Shown here one piece after another: positions 1 to 10,997 of a stretch of 64,000 nucleotides of DNA (its first letter is position 1; the number at the start of each line of letters is the position of its first letter). Location: assembly GCA_964016885.1 (NCBI GenBank), contig OZ024741.1, forward strand, positions 18,166,001-18,230,000, in the 5' to 3' direction. Made by a program: the position numbers and the translations under genes. This DNA comes from Eledone cirrhosa (lineage: Eukaryota). The notes under the pieces are model-generated. The model ran no database searches and was not told the origin of the DNA. It saw only the letters and a program-made list of their open reading frames with translations.

Positions 1-35
1 TAAAATGAAAAGTATAAATTAAAATGAGACACCAA

Positions 36-100
<65 letters not shown>

Positions 101-311
101 TATAGGTGTCAGGTCATATATATATATATAACATAAACATATAAGACAATGACAGGGGATAATTTGTAAAGGGTATCTATGTTTGAAGTTCTCGTTAAAC
201 TTTAATTAGATACCTACCTAGCTGTGTACACTCTTTACAAATTATCATCTGTGATTGTTTCAAATGTTTATTTTATATATAAATATATGTCAATCGATTT
301 CTAATTGAATG

Positions 312-564
<253 letters not shown>

Positions 565-666
565 TAATGGTGATGGTTATACGAAACAGGAAGAACCGTA
601 TATATATATACGAAAAGTCAACAAGGAAAATTAACACTAGGAGACAATGATATATATTTGGATATA

Positions 667-709
<43 letters not shown>

Positions 710-1011
710 TGGATAGCTAGATATTAATAGCTAGATATTAATAGCTAAATAACTAGATAGATAGATTGATAGATTTAGGAAAGTCTTAACCTTTCGAACG
801 ACAATCTTTCATAGGAAGATAGAATGAGAAAGAGAGGGAGAGGGGCAGAGGGAGGGGGAGGGGTGGGGTGGATAGGAATTCAAACAAGAGTAAGAAAGGG
901 AAGAAAACGCGAAAAGGTTAAACAGGAGAACAGAACGTGTTGTACTTAGCCATATATATAATATTATATATATATGCATGTGTGTTGTGTGTGTGTGAGT
1001 ATGTATGTGTA

Positions 1012-1180
1012 TTACTGGTACTTCATTTTATCGACCTCCTAAGGATGAAAGGCAAAGTTAACCTCGGAGTTCAAATCCCGCTGAGGTTAACTTTGCCTTT
1101 CATCCTTACGGGGTCGATAAAACAAAGTACCAGTAATACGCTGGGTAATTGCTGGCCTTGTGCCAAAAGTAGAAACAATT
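1012..1180 (+). mobile_element. SINE family 1 3' part preceded by an inverted duplication of itself
   Basis: 1012-1066 is the reverse complement of about 1081-1135. B-box GAGTTCAAATCC and the family 3' tail are present. Confidence 0.75.
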
Positions 1181-1665
1181 ATATTAGTATAATATATGTG
1201 TGTGTGTGAGTGTGAGTGTGTGTGTATAATATACATTAGCATAAGATAATATATATGTATGTAATTAAGTCTGTCAATTAGAGAAAGCCAAAGCTATCCA
1301 CGAACTCGACCAAAAGTAACCCATAAGTCCATATATGACCTTCCCCACTTGACTTATACACACAAAGAAAAAGAAAATGCAATCACATAAAATGCAATCA
1401 CATTCATGTCATGTTATGAAGTATTTTTTCGATATACATAGCGACACGGTTGTTATACCTAGCGGGATATTAATATGTTTAGTTTTGTTATATCGGTTAG
1501 ATAGAGTGACAAATATTTTGATTCTAACTATAATTAGTTATGTAATTTCTTTAATATAAACTATTGCATGAAACCACTGATGCGAGCAGGATTATTACAG
1601 AAACTGTCGTTTCACGATAACCGAATATTCTAATTTACTTTTATATATATATACATGCATATATG

Positions 1666-1745
<80 letters not shown>

Positions 1746-1752
<7 letters not shown>

Positions 1753-2191
1753 CAAATAACGAAACGAAATTTAATTTCGTTTCGTTATTTGTTTTTATCG
1801 TCTCCGCTGAACCGGTACGTACTCACGCTCTATGCAAATTGGTCTGCCCACTACTAATTTTCATAGAAAAAGCATATAACGATATGTGCTTTTACGATTC
1901 TCTAGAAAGGCCGGAAGATAGGTAAATATTGCTGATGAGATGTAACAACATCGAAACTAGTCCAATATTCCTGTCTGGCTTTCTAGAGAATAGAGGAAAG
2001 GTGTTTCCTCGAAAACCAGTATGACTCTAAAAACCGGTTTGTCTGTGTGTTTACATACAGAATAGCTGGACACTCACAGTAAAGTGTCCAGTGAAAAACT
2101 TGGTACATCTACATATGTACACGTGTGTGTATTCATATGCATACTAGTATTTCAGTATACATATGTGGATGTACATTTTTAACTTAATTGT
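1746..2191 (+). mobile_element. Solo diverged copy of the 469-bp hammerhead (retrozyme-like) repeat
   Basis: Colinear with the units at 49.2-52.9 kb, flanked by (TA)n on both sides, and starts with a 25-bp perfect fold-back (1746-1798). Confidence 0.85.
1925..1969 (+). ncRNA. Type I hammerhead ribozyme (minimal stem III)
   Basis: AATATTG-CTGATGA-GATGT-AACA-ACATC-GAAA-C-TA-GTC-CAATATT: full catalytic core, stems I and II, palindromic ACTAGT stem III, GUC cleavage triplet. Confidence 0.88.
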
Positions 2192-2267
2192 ATATATATA
2201 TATATATGTGTATGTGTGTGTGTGTGTGTGTGCATGTGTGTGTGCGTGTGCGTGTGCGTGTGCGTGT

Positions 2268-2605
2268 GAAGGCGCATAGCTTAGTGGTTAGAGCGTCGGG
2301 CTTACAATCGTGAGTTTGTGAGTTCGATTCTTTGACCGGGCTTTGCGTTGTGTTCTTGATCAAGACACTTTATTTCACGTTGCTCCAGTTCACTCAGCTG
2401 TAGAAATGAGTTGCGACGTCACTGGTGCCAAGCTGTATCGGTCATTGTCTTTCCCTTGGAAAACATCGGTGGCGTGGAGAGGGGAGGCTGGTATACATGG
2501 GGGACTGCTGGTCTTCCACAAACAACCTTGCTCGGACTTGTACCTCGGAGGGGAAATTTCTAGGTGCAAATCCCATGGTCATTCGTAACTGAAGGGGGTC
2601 TTTAC
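2268..2605 (+). mobile_element. tRNA-derived SINE family 2 (CORE-like central domain)
   Basis: A-box TAGCTTAGTGG, B-box GAGTTCGATTC, then GTGTTCTTGATCAAGACACTT (CORE-like). Second copy at 5226-5537. Confidence 0.75.
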
Positions 2606-2884
2606 GTTTTATCCTCTCTCCCCCTACTATATATATATATAGTTATAGGAATAACCAAAGAGTGCTTAGAAGTACATAGTTTTATTAGCTAACAGTGTTT
2701 CATCCATACACCATGGCAGGAATCTTCAGAGCTTATAAACATGAATATATCAGTAGTTATCTAGTTATCCTAGCTAAAACCACACTGTCATACCAAGGGC
2801 AATATATCTACATGTATAGGCTTATTGATATATTTGTCAACGAAATATATATATACATATACATACATACTTGCATATATATAT

Positions 2885-3058
2885 TTGGCTGAATCGGTAG
2901 AGCGTCAGACACCATGCTTTGCAGCATAGTTATGGCCCTTTGTGTTCTGAGTTCAAATCCGCCGAGGTTAACTTTACCTTTCATCCTTACGAGGTCGATA
3001 ATATAAAGTACCAGTGATGCACTGGGGACATCGCTGGCCTAGTACCAAAAGTAGAAAC
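2885..3058 (+). mobile_element. tRNA-derived SINE family 1
   Basis: A-box-like TGGCTGAATCGG, B-box GAGTTCAAATCC, conserved body GAGGTTAACTTT..CCTTTCATCC..GTCGATAA..AAGTACCAG. Confidence 0.8.
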
Positions 3059-3387
3059 TATAAATATATATATAGTTTCTACGTTTCACTGCTATGTATT
3101 GAGTACCTTATTTACTGTGGTTACTCCTGATTAAACACGGGACACACATACCCCCCCCCCCCCTTTACTCTCTCTCTCTATATATATAGATATATATATA
3201 AATGAAGTATTTCTGTCGGAAAGGTACAGGAAAAGGAGTGCTCTATGTAGGCTACAGAGCTTATTAGTTATGTAATAAACAACATAAGATAATTATTTCA
3301 TTTACCAGTGGTTTCTTGAAGGCAGATGTTATGTCTGTCTTCAGTTGTCAGAATAAAATATATATATATATATATAACATTCTTATT

Positions 3388-3485
3388 ATTGTTTCTACTT
3401 TTGGCACCAGGCCAGCAATTACCCAGTACATTACTGGTACTTTATTTTATCGACCCCGTAACGATGAAAGGCAAAGTTAACCTCG
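3388..3485 (-). mobile_element. SINE family 1 3' fragment
   Basis: Reverse complement of the family body and tail. Confidence 0.7.
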
Positions 3486-3636
3486 TTATAATATTTGTCA
3501 TTAACAAGAAAACCTGGAAGTAATCAGTCACTCTTAATAACAAATATAGTATTGTCTTGATAAATTTATGAGTCCATCACTTTTTATCCACTTTACATCT
3601 AGTGAGTTGATTAGTAAAACCCATATATAAATGAAG

Positions 3637-3683
<47 letters not shown>

Positions 3684-4218
3684 TGAGTGATATTCATACG
3701 CACAAGACAGAAACATACACACTCACATATATATATATATTCATCATTCTTTATTAAGAAATATGTTGTTTTATTGTAATATATTTTCTTACAAATTTAC
3801 TGACCCACAGTCCCAGAAACACACAAAAACACAACATAACACACAACTGCACGAACATACAGACACAGGGTTACACCCAAACCTCACCTTCGGAATATAG
3901 AAATATAATTCAAACTTTACCAAGAATCTGTCAACGTTATGGAGAGCTGTCAATGGTATAATATCAAGAAAGGTTTGCAGCTGCATTCTATGGTTCGTAC
4001 ACCTGCAACTTGTTAGAATAACTCTCAGAATCACATTTAGAATAATTATCATTCACTGATTTGATTTAAAAAGCAGGCAAGAACATAGAATGTAGAAATA
4101 AATGACAGTTAAAACTGTGGCATTGTTGACTCTTTTTCAGCAGAAATACCGACATTTTAACTGACTTTTTTAAAGCTTCGTTTCTAATTAGAAAACCTAG
4201 AATTTCTTCTCTCTCTCC

Positions 4219-4306
<88 letters not shown>

Positions 4307-4481
4307 CTGTGTCTCTGTGTGTGGATGTTTTTGTGCAACTATGTTCGTATATATATATACAAACATACTTATATATATATATACAAACATATATATATAT
4401 ATATATATATATATACAAACATACTTATATATATATATATATATATATACAAACATACTTATATATATATATACAAACATA

Positions 4482-4544
<63 letters not shown>

Positions 4545-5179
4545 CATATATACATACATATATACACAACACATACGTACACACATAGTCGCACACCATT
4601 GCTACGGTAATGAATGTTTATTGTAACAGTAATGGCGAGTGTGAAATGTGGTGAAGTGGGGAAGGAGATGAAGATAAGATTGATAGGTATAGAGAGAGAC
4701 AGAGAGGTTAGTGTGAGGCGGGGAGGGGTATTATAGCAGTGAACATTTGGTTGGTTCAAATCCAACAAAGGTCAATCTTGCATTATATTCTTCCGAGGTC
4801 GATAAAATATAGTATATTGGTTCAATAAAATCAACTATCCCTAAATTGCTGGCCTTGGGCCTGAGGTACAAATCATTGTGTGTGAGTGTATGTGTGTGTG
4901 AGTGAGTATATGTAGACACACATACACACACACATATATATATAATGTGAGTGTATGTGTGTGTGTGAGTGAGTATGTGTAAACACACACACATACATAC
5001 ATACACACACATACACTCACATTATATATATATGTGTATGTGTGTGTATGAGTGAGTATCTGTAAACACACACACACATACACATACATACACACAAACA
5101 TACACACACACATACATACATAATGTGAGTGTATGTTGTATGTTTGAGTATGTGTAGACACATACACATACACACACAT

Positions 5180-5210
<31 letters not shown>

Positions 5211-5225
5211 ATGTGAGTGTCTGTG

Positions 5226-5537
5226 TGAAGGCACATGGCTTATTAGTTAGAGCATTGGGCTTGCAATCGGGAGCTTTTTTAGTTCGATTCTGGGACCGGG
5301 CTTTGCGTTGTGTCCTTGAGCAAGACACTTTATTCCACGTTGCTCCAGTTTACTCAGCTGTAGAAATGAGTTACGACGTCACTGGTGCCAAGCTGTATCG
5401 GCCATTGCCTTTCTCTTGGGACAACATCGGTGGCGGGGGGGGGGGTATACATGGGGGACTGCTGGTCTTACATGAACAACTTTGTCCGGACTTGAGCCTC
5501 GGAGGGGAACTTTCTAGGTGCAAATCCCAAGGTCATA
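5226..5537 (+). mobile_element. tRNA-derived SINE family 2
   Basis: Colinear with 2268-2605. Confidence 0.75.
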
Positions 5538-5586
5538 CAAACACATACATACACGCATGAATGCAGATACGATACATACATTATGT

Positions 5587-5602
5587 TGATAGACAGACAG
5601 AC

Positions 5603-5697
<95 letters not shown>
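5587..5697. repeat. (GACA)/(GATA)/(GA) microsatellite, left flank of the Tx1 stack
   Basis: Read directly from the sequence. Confidence 0.95.
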
Positions 5698-5700
<3 letters not shown>

Positions 5701-8168
5701 CTTTATTAGCCACAAGGGCGCAAAAGAAAAGGGGGACAATACACAGACATGCCGGGGATTTTACATACAGTCGTGTAAAAAATATAAAAACAAACAATTA
5801 CAACAATCGAAATCCCCAATAGGGGGGAGGCGCCACAAATGGGTTGTTTAATACCCCGTCGATAGAACAACCCTCAACTCCAGGAGCGTGTTGTACAAGT
5901 GCTCCTTTCTTCCTTTTGCTCTCTTCTTCAACCTACAGGCTTATAAACAGAGAAGGCCCAATCACTCGGGCCATTTTCGCTTCATTCACCCACCTTTCAG
6001 TAAATTTACTGGGGTTCAGTGCCTCTCTCTCCACCCTGATTCTCCTTCTAAAGTGATACTTATAGAAGGGAATCAATTGTTGTCCGGAGAGAAAGGCATC
6101 TGTCCTCAATCCTCTCAACCTCGTCCACCATATAACTTCTTTTACCATAGCCACCGTACAGAGGAAAACCGCCTCTCTTTCGTTTTTGAAAGAGGCTGGC
6201 GGTTTGATCCTTACTATGGACTCGGCAGTCAACTGGATTTGTCCCATACGCGACAGCAGTTGTTCTGCATAGTTCCACAGGTCGCTTACGCCTGGGCAGT
6301 GTACAATTGCGTGCAGGACTGTTTCAATGTCCTGCGCGCATCTTGGACACGTCCTCTTGGAAGGATGCCTGCCGGGGTGTCCGTGCCTGTAGATCTTGTC
6401 ACGAACCGGTAGAGCTCCTCGGTAGCACTGCCAGGCCAAGGACCTCTGGAAGTTGTCCATAGGTCCCTAGCGGAAAGTCCTACCAAACAGACTGGTGACC
6501 TCATCGTCTTCGACGCCCAGAGTCTCTCCGAGCACGTCGTCGCCCTTGTAACGTACAAACCCTCTATAGAATGTCGAAGTGGAGTCTCCACTGATGGCTG
6601 CGCCCGCTTGCCAGAGGACTGTGAGCGCCTAAGCGCATTCAATGTGCCAGGCGCCCATCGTTTTCGGTCTTTTCTTGACCCAGGACTGCAGCTCTGTCAG
6701 CGAGACAAGCTGTGGGAAAGCCTGTCTCACAAACGGTGCCCACACCGGTTGGGGGTCGGTGAGCAATACCTGGAGATGCCGCAGTCTCAGTGCATGTTTG
6801 CGCATCATCAGCCATGGCATTCCCAACCCTCTGTTGGAAGGGTGCTGACAGCAGACGGATCTCCTTACCAGCGGAGCCTGCTTCTTCTACAGAAACTGGA
6901 AGAGCATGCGTTCCATCTTGGCTAGGTGTTCGCGGGGACAAGGCACGACAGTCAAGCGGTAGTAGATGACGGACGCTATGAAAGTGTTCGCCACCTCCGC
7001 TCGACCTTTCAAGGACAGTTTGCACTCTGCCCACTTCTGGGTGAGTGCAAACACCTTTGCCATGACCTCGTTCCAGTTTTTCTCCACCTGGAGGTCTGGA
7101 CCGAACCAGACCCCGAGCAATTTCACCGGTCCGTCCGTCCAGCGTCCAACGACGCTGTCGGACGTCATCGGTTTGCCTCTCCACGTACCGAGTTGCAAAC
7201 CGACTGACTTGTCCGGGTTTAGTTTTGCTCCCGCCAGCGTTTCGTATTCTTTCAGTAAGTTGCAGATCACCCCGATTTCCAAGGTGCTCGACACCATTAC
7301 CGTCACATCCCGGTTCTAGAGGGATGCCCTGCAACAGCTCCAATTTCCGCAGTAGTGGCTCTAGAGTCAATACATACAGAATGGAGGAGAGAGGGCACCC
7401 CTGTCGAATGGAACGCGTGATTGCGAACGGCTCCGATAGGTAGCCGTTCACCTTGACCCTCGAGCAGATGCTGGTGTGCATCGCCTCGATCCATCCTCTG
7501 AATACGGGACCGAAACCGGCCGCCTTGAGAACTGCTTCCAAGTATCGATGGTCGACCCTATCGAATGCCTTAGACTTATCCAAGTTGATCAGAGCCCCAC
7601 CGAAGCCGGGTTTACTACCCACCCCCTCTATGATGTATCGCATGAGGTGGAGGTTGTCGTGTATGGACCTGGTCGGGATTGCACACGTTTGCGCTTTCCC
7701 TATCAGGTTCTCGACGACAAGTGCTAACCTCGTCGCTAGCACCTTGGCCAAAATCTTTAACTCTGTGTTGAGCAGAGTTATGGGCCTGAAGTTGTTAATT
7801 TCGTCCCCCTTGTTCTCGTCTTTCCTGATCAGCGTTACTACGCCCTTGCCTGCAGAACTGGGAATTCTCCCGTTCTGCTGCCAATTGCAGTAGACGGCTT
7901 CGAGAACGCCAGAGAACAAGTCCGGCATGCCTATGTAAAACTCGTAGGGTAGACCATCTAGACCGGGTGACTTGCGTTTCCCGCAGCGGCCCAGAGCGTC
8001 CCGTATCTCAGTGTCCGTGATCGGTCTTTCGCAGAACTCGGCGTCCGTGTTCGAGAGACGCGGCAGGCCGTCAAGGTATGAACTAAAGTCCATTGCCCCG
8101 TTCGGCTCACCGTCGTTCTGCTCAACAGTCGCGCAAAGTGCGGCTGAAAGGCCGCGCACATTTGCTTG
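5698..8168 (-). mobile_element. Tx1-clade non-LTR retrotransposon copy A, 5'-truncated and disrupted
   Basis: RT motifs SPGLDG, FRPITLLN, KAFDRVDH and QGCPLS, and a C-terminal CPRC..H..HC finger, split across ORFs 6639-8204, 6887-7306 and 5933-6460. A 32-nt deletion near 7307 removes YADx. The 3' end is AATAAAGAAA followed by microsatellite. Confidence 0.92.
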
Positions 8169-8184
8169 GATAGACAGATAGATA

Positions 8185-10728
8185 TGTTTCTTTTTATTTG
8201 CCACCAGGTCATCAAAAAGTGGAACAAGTACAATGGGGGGAGTTTACATGAAAAGGCGAGTAAAGAAAATATATAACAAATATAAAATTAACAAAAGTCT
8301 TAACAATAAGTACTCAATAGGGAGGGGGGGGGGTCATACCCCCCCCCCCCAGAAAAAAGTGTGCAACCCCTTCTCCTCAGGAGCACAGAGAGAGGGTGCT
8401 CCCTCGTTCCTTCCTCTTTTCCCCCTACAGGCTTATGCAAAGAGAAGGCCCATTCACACGAGCCATTCTCGTCACTTTCACCCACCTTTCATAAAAACGG
8501 CTGGGGTGGAGCACCTCTCTCGCCATCCTGATCCTTCTTCCGAAATAATATCGGAAGAAACGGACCAGTTGTTGGCCAGAGAGAAAGGTGCCTGACCTCA
8601 GTCCTTTCAGACGCGTCCACCATACAACCTCTTTCACCATGGCTATTACGCACAGAAACACCGCCTCTCCTTCATTTTTGAAGGGGGGAGGCGGCTTGAT
8701 CGTTACAATAGACTCGGTGGTCAACCGGATCGGTCCCACCCTTGACAGCAGTTGTTCGACATAGCCCCACAGATCGGCTACGCCCGAGCAGTGCACCAAT
8801 GCGTGTGCAACGGTTTCCTCGTCGCACACGCATCTGGGACAGATATTTTTGGCGGGGTCCCTACCCGGGCGCCCGTCTCTGTAGAGCTTTTCTCGAACGG
8901 GTAGAGCCCCTCGGTAGCACTGCCAGGCCAGGGACTTCTGGAAGTTGTCCCTAGGTCCCGGGCTGAATGTCCTACTGAACAGGCTGGTCAGTTTGTCTTC
9001 CTCCATGTCTAGGACATCTCCGAGGGCGTCTTCGCACCTGCTGCGTACCAGCCCTCTATAGAATGTTGCGGTGGAGTCTCCACTGATAACCGGATCCGCC
9101 TGCCAGAGGACGGTGAGCGCCTGGGCACACTCAGTGTGCCAGGCGCCCAGTTTTCTCGGTCTTTGCTTGACCCAGGAATGCAGCTCGGTGAGTGAGACGA
9201 GTCTGGGAAAGGTTCGTCTCACAAACGAGGCCCACACCGGTTGACCGGTGAGGAATACGTGGAGGTGCCGTAGCCTTAATGCGTGTTTACGCATCATTAG
9301 CCACGGCATCCCCAGCCCTCCTTTCGAAGGGTGTTGACAGCAGATGGATCTCCTCACCAAAGGAGACCGCCTCTTCCAAAGGAATTGGAAGAGCGCGAGC
9401 TCCATCTTGGCGAGGGTTTCCCTTGGGCAAGGCACGACGGTCAGGCGGTAGTAGATGACGGACGCTATATAGGTGTTCGCCACCTCCGCCCGACCTTTCA
9501 GGGATTGTTTGCAACTGGCCCACTTCTGGGTCAGTGCAAACACCCTGTTCGTAACCTCCGCCCAATTCTTCTCCACCTGGAGGTCTGGTCCGAACCAGAC
9601 CCCAAGCAACTTCACCAGGCCCTCGGTCCAGCGTCCGACGACGACATCGGAGGGCATCGGTTTGCCCCTCCACGTGCCGAGTTGCAAACCGATCGACTTG
9701 TCCCGGTTCAGCTGAGCTCCTGTGAACCTTTCGTACTCCTCCAGTAAGGTGCCGATCGCCCCGATTTCGGAGGCCGTCGACACCATTACTGTCACGTTAT
9801 CGGCGTAGGCCGACAGCGCTTTCCGCAATCCCGGTTCCAAAAGGATGCCCTGCAACGACACCAACTTCCTCAGTAGTGGCTCGAGAGTCAATACATACAG
9901 AACGGAGAAGAGAGGGCACCCTTGTCGGATGGACCGCGCGATTTCGAACGGCTCCGAGAGGTAGCCGTTCACCTTGACTCTAGAGCAGATGCGGCTGCTG
10001 TGCATAGCAGTGACCCAGCCCCTTAAAACGGGTCCGAAGCCTGCCATCGCTAGCACCGCATCCAGGTAACCATGGTCGACCCTATCGAACGCCTTAGATT
10101 GATCCAAGTTGATCAGAGCCCCACCAAAGCCGGGTTCGTTCCCAACCCTCTCTATGATGTATCGCATGAGGTGGAGGTTGTCATGCATGGACCTGGACGG
10201 GATAGCACATGTCTGCGCATCTCCCACCAGGTTGCCCACGACAAGCGCCAACCTCTTTGCTAGCACCTTGGCCAAAATCTGTAACTCTGTATTTAGCAGA
10301 GTTATGGGCCTGCAGTTACTTATTTCGTCCCCCTTGTTCTCGTCCTTCCTCACTAGCGTGACTACGCCCGTGGTCGCAGCACAGGGAATTCTCCAGTTCT
10401 GTTGCCAGTTGCAGTAGACCGTATCGAGGAGATCGGGGAACAAGTCCGGCATAGCTAGATATAGTTCGTATGGAAGACCATCGAGACCCGGGGATTTGCG
10501 TTTGCCGCATTGGCTCAGCACGTCCTCTATCTCAGCGGCTGTAATCGGCTCCTCGCAGGACTTCGCCTCCCTGTCCGAGAGACGCGGCAGGCCGTCGAGG
10601 TATGGACCGAAGTCCACTTCCCCAACCGGCTCCCCGCCCCTTCCGAACAATCGGGCAAAGTGCTTTTGAAAGGCCTCACACATCTGCTTAGGCTCAAGGA
10701 TCGCCCGTCCATCCTGGTCTCGCAAAGA
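8185..10728 (-). mobile_element. Tx1-clade retrotransposon copy B, 5'-truncated
   Basis: Open RT plus C-terminal domain, lacking ORF1 and endonuclease. Bounded by GATA/GACA repeats on both sides. Confidence 0.93.
8425..10725 (-). CDS. Truncated ORF2 (reverse transcriptase plus C-terminal zinc finger) of copy B
   Basis: 766 aa without stops, colinear with ORF2 of copy D, active site YADN. The ORF start is the truncation point, not a true start codon. Confidence 0.8.
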   Translation of the reverse strand: MRDQDGRAILEPKQMCEAFQKHFARLFGRGGEPVGEVDFGPYLDGLPRLSDREAKSCEEPITAAEIEDVLSQCGKRKSPGLDGLPYELYLAMPDLFPDLLDTVYCNWQQNWRIPCAATTGVVTLVRKDENKGDEISNCRPITLLNTELQILAKVLAKRLALVVGNLVGDAQTCAIPSRSMHDNLHLMRYIIERVGNEPGFGGALINLDQSKAFDRVDHGYLDAVLAMAGFGPVLRGWVTAMHSSRICSRVKVNGYLSEPFEIARSIRQGCPLFSVLYVLTLEPLLRKLVSLQGILLEPGLRKALSAYADNVTVMVSTASEIGAIGTLLEEYERFTGAQLNRDKSIGLQLGTWRGKPMPSDVVVGRWTEGLVKLLGVWFGPDLQVEKNWAEVTNRVFALTQKWASCKQSLKGRAEVANTYIASVIYYRLTVVPCPRETLAKMELALFQFLWKRRSPLVRRSICCQHPSKGGLGMPWLMMRKHALRLRHLHVFLTGQPVWASFVRRTFPRLVSLTELHSWVKQRPRKLGAWHTECAQALTVLWQADPVISGDSTATFYRGLVRSRCEDALGDVLDMEEDKLTSLFSRTFSPGPRDNFQKSLAWQCYRGALPVREKLYRDGRPGRDPAKNICPRCVCDEETVAHALVHCSGVADLWGYVEQLLSRVGPIRLTTESIVTIKPPPPFKNEGEAVFLCVIAMVKEVVWWTRLKGLRSGTFLSGQQLVRFFRYYFGRRIRMAREVLHPSRFYERWVKVTRMARVNGPSLCISL

Positions 10729-10997
10729 TAGACTGACAGACAGATAAACTGACAGACAGATAGACTGACAGACAAATTTCTGTTTATTTGCCAGTAGGGC
10801 ACAAAAGAAAGGGACATGTACATGGGTGGGGGGAGTTTACATAAAAATCGAGTAAGAAAAATATAACAAACAAAATAGTAACAAGATGGTCCTCAATAGG
10901 GAGGGATCGTTTTGGGGTCACACACACCCCCGAAAAAAGTGTGCGACCCTTCTCCACGGGAGCACAAAGAGAGGGTGCTCCCTTCTTCCTGTTCCAC

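Noticed and set aside
1569-1614. Hammerhead-like TGAAAC-CA-CTGATGC...GAAACTGTC-GTTTCA
   Set aside because: The core is mutated and there is no convincing stem II. At best a decayed relic.
2268-2340. tRNA gene
   Set aside because: A and B boxes continue into a SINE body and there is no intact cloverleaf.
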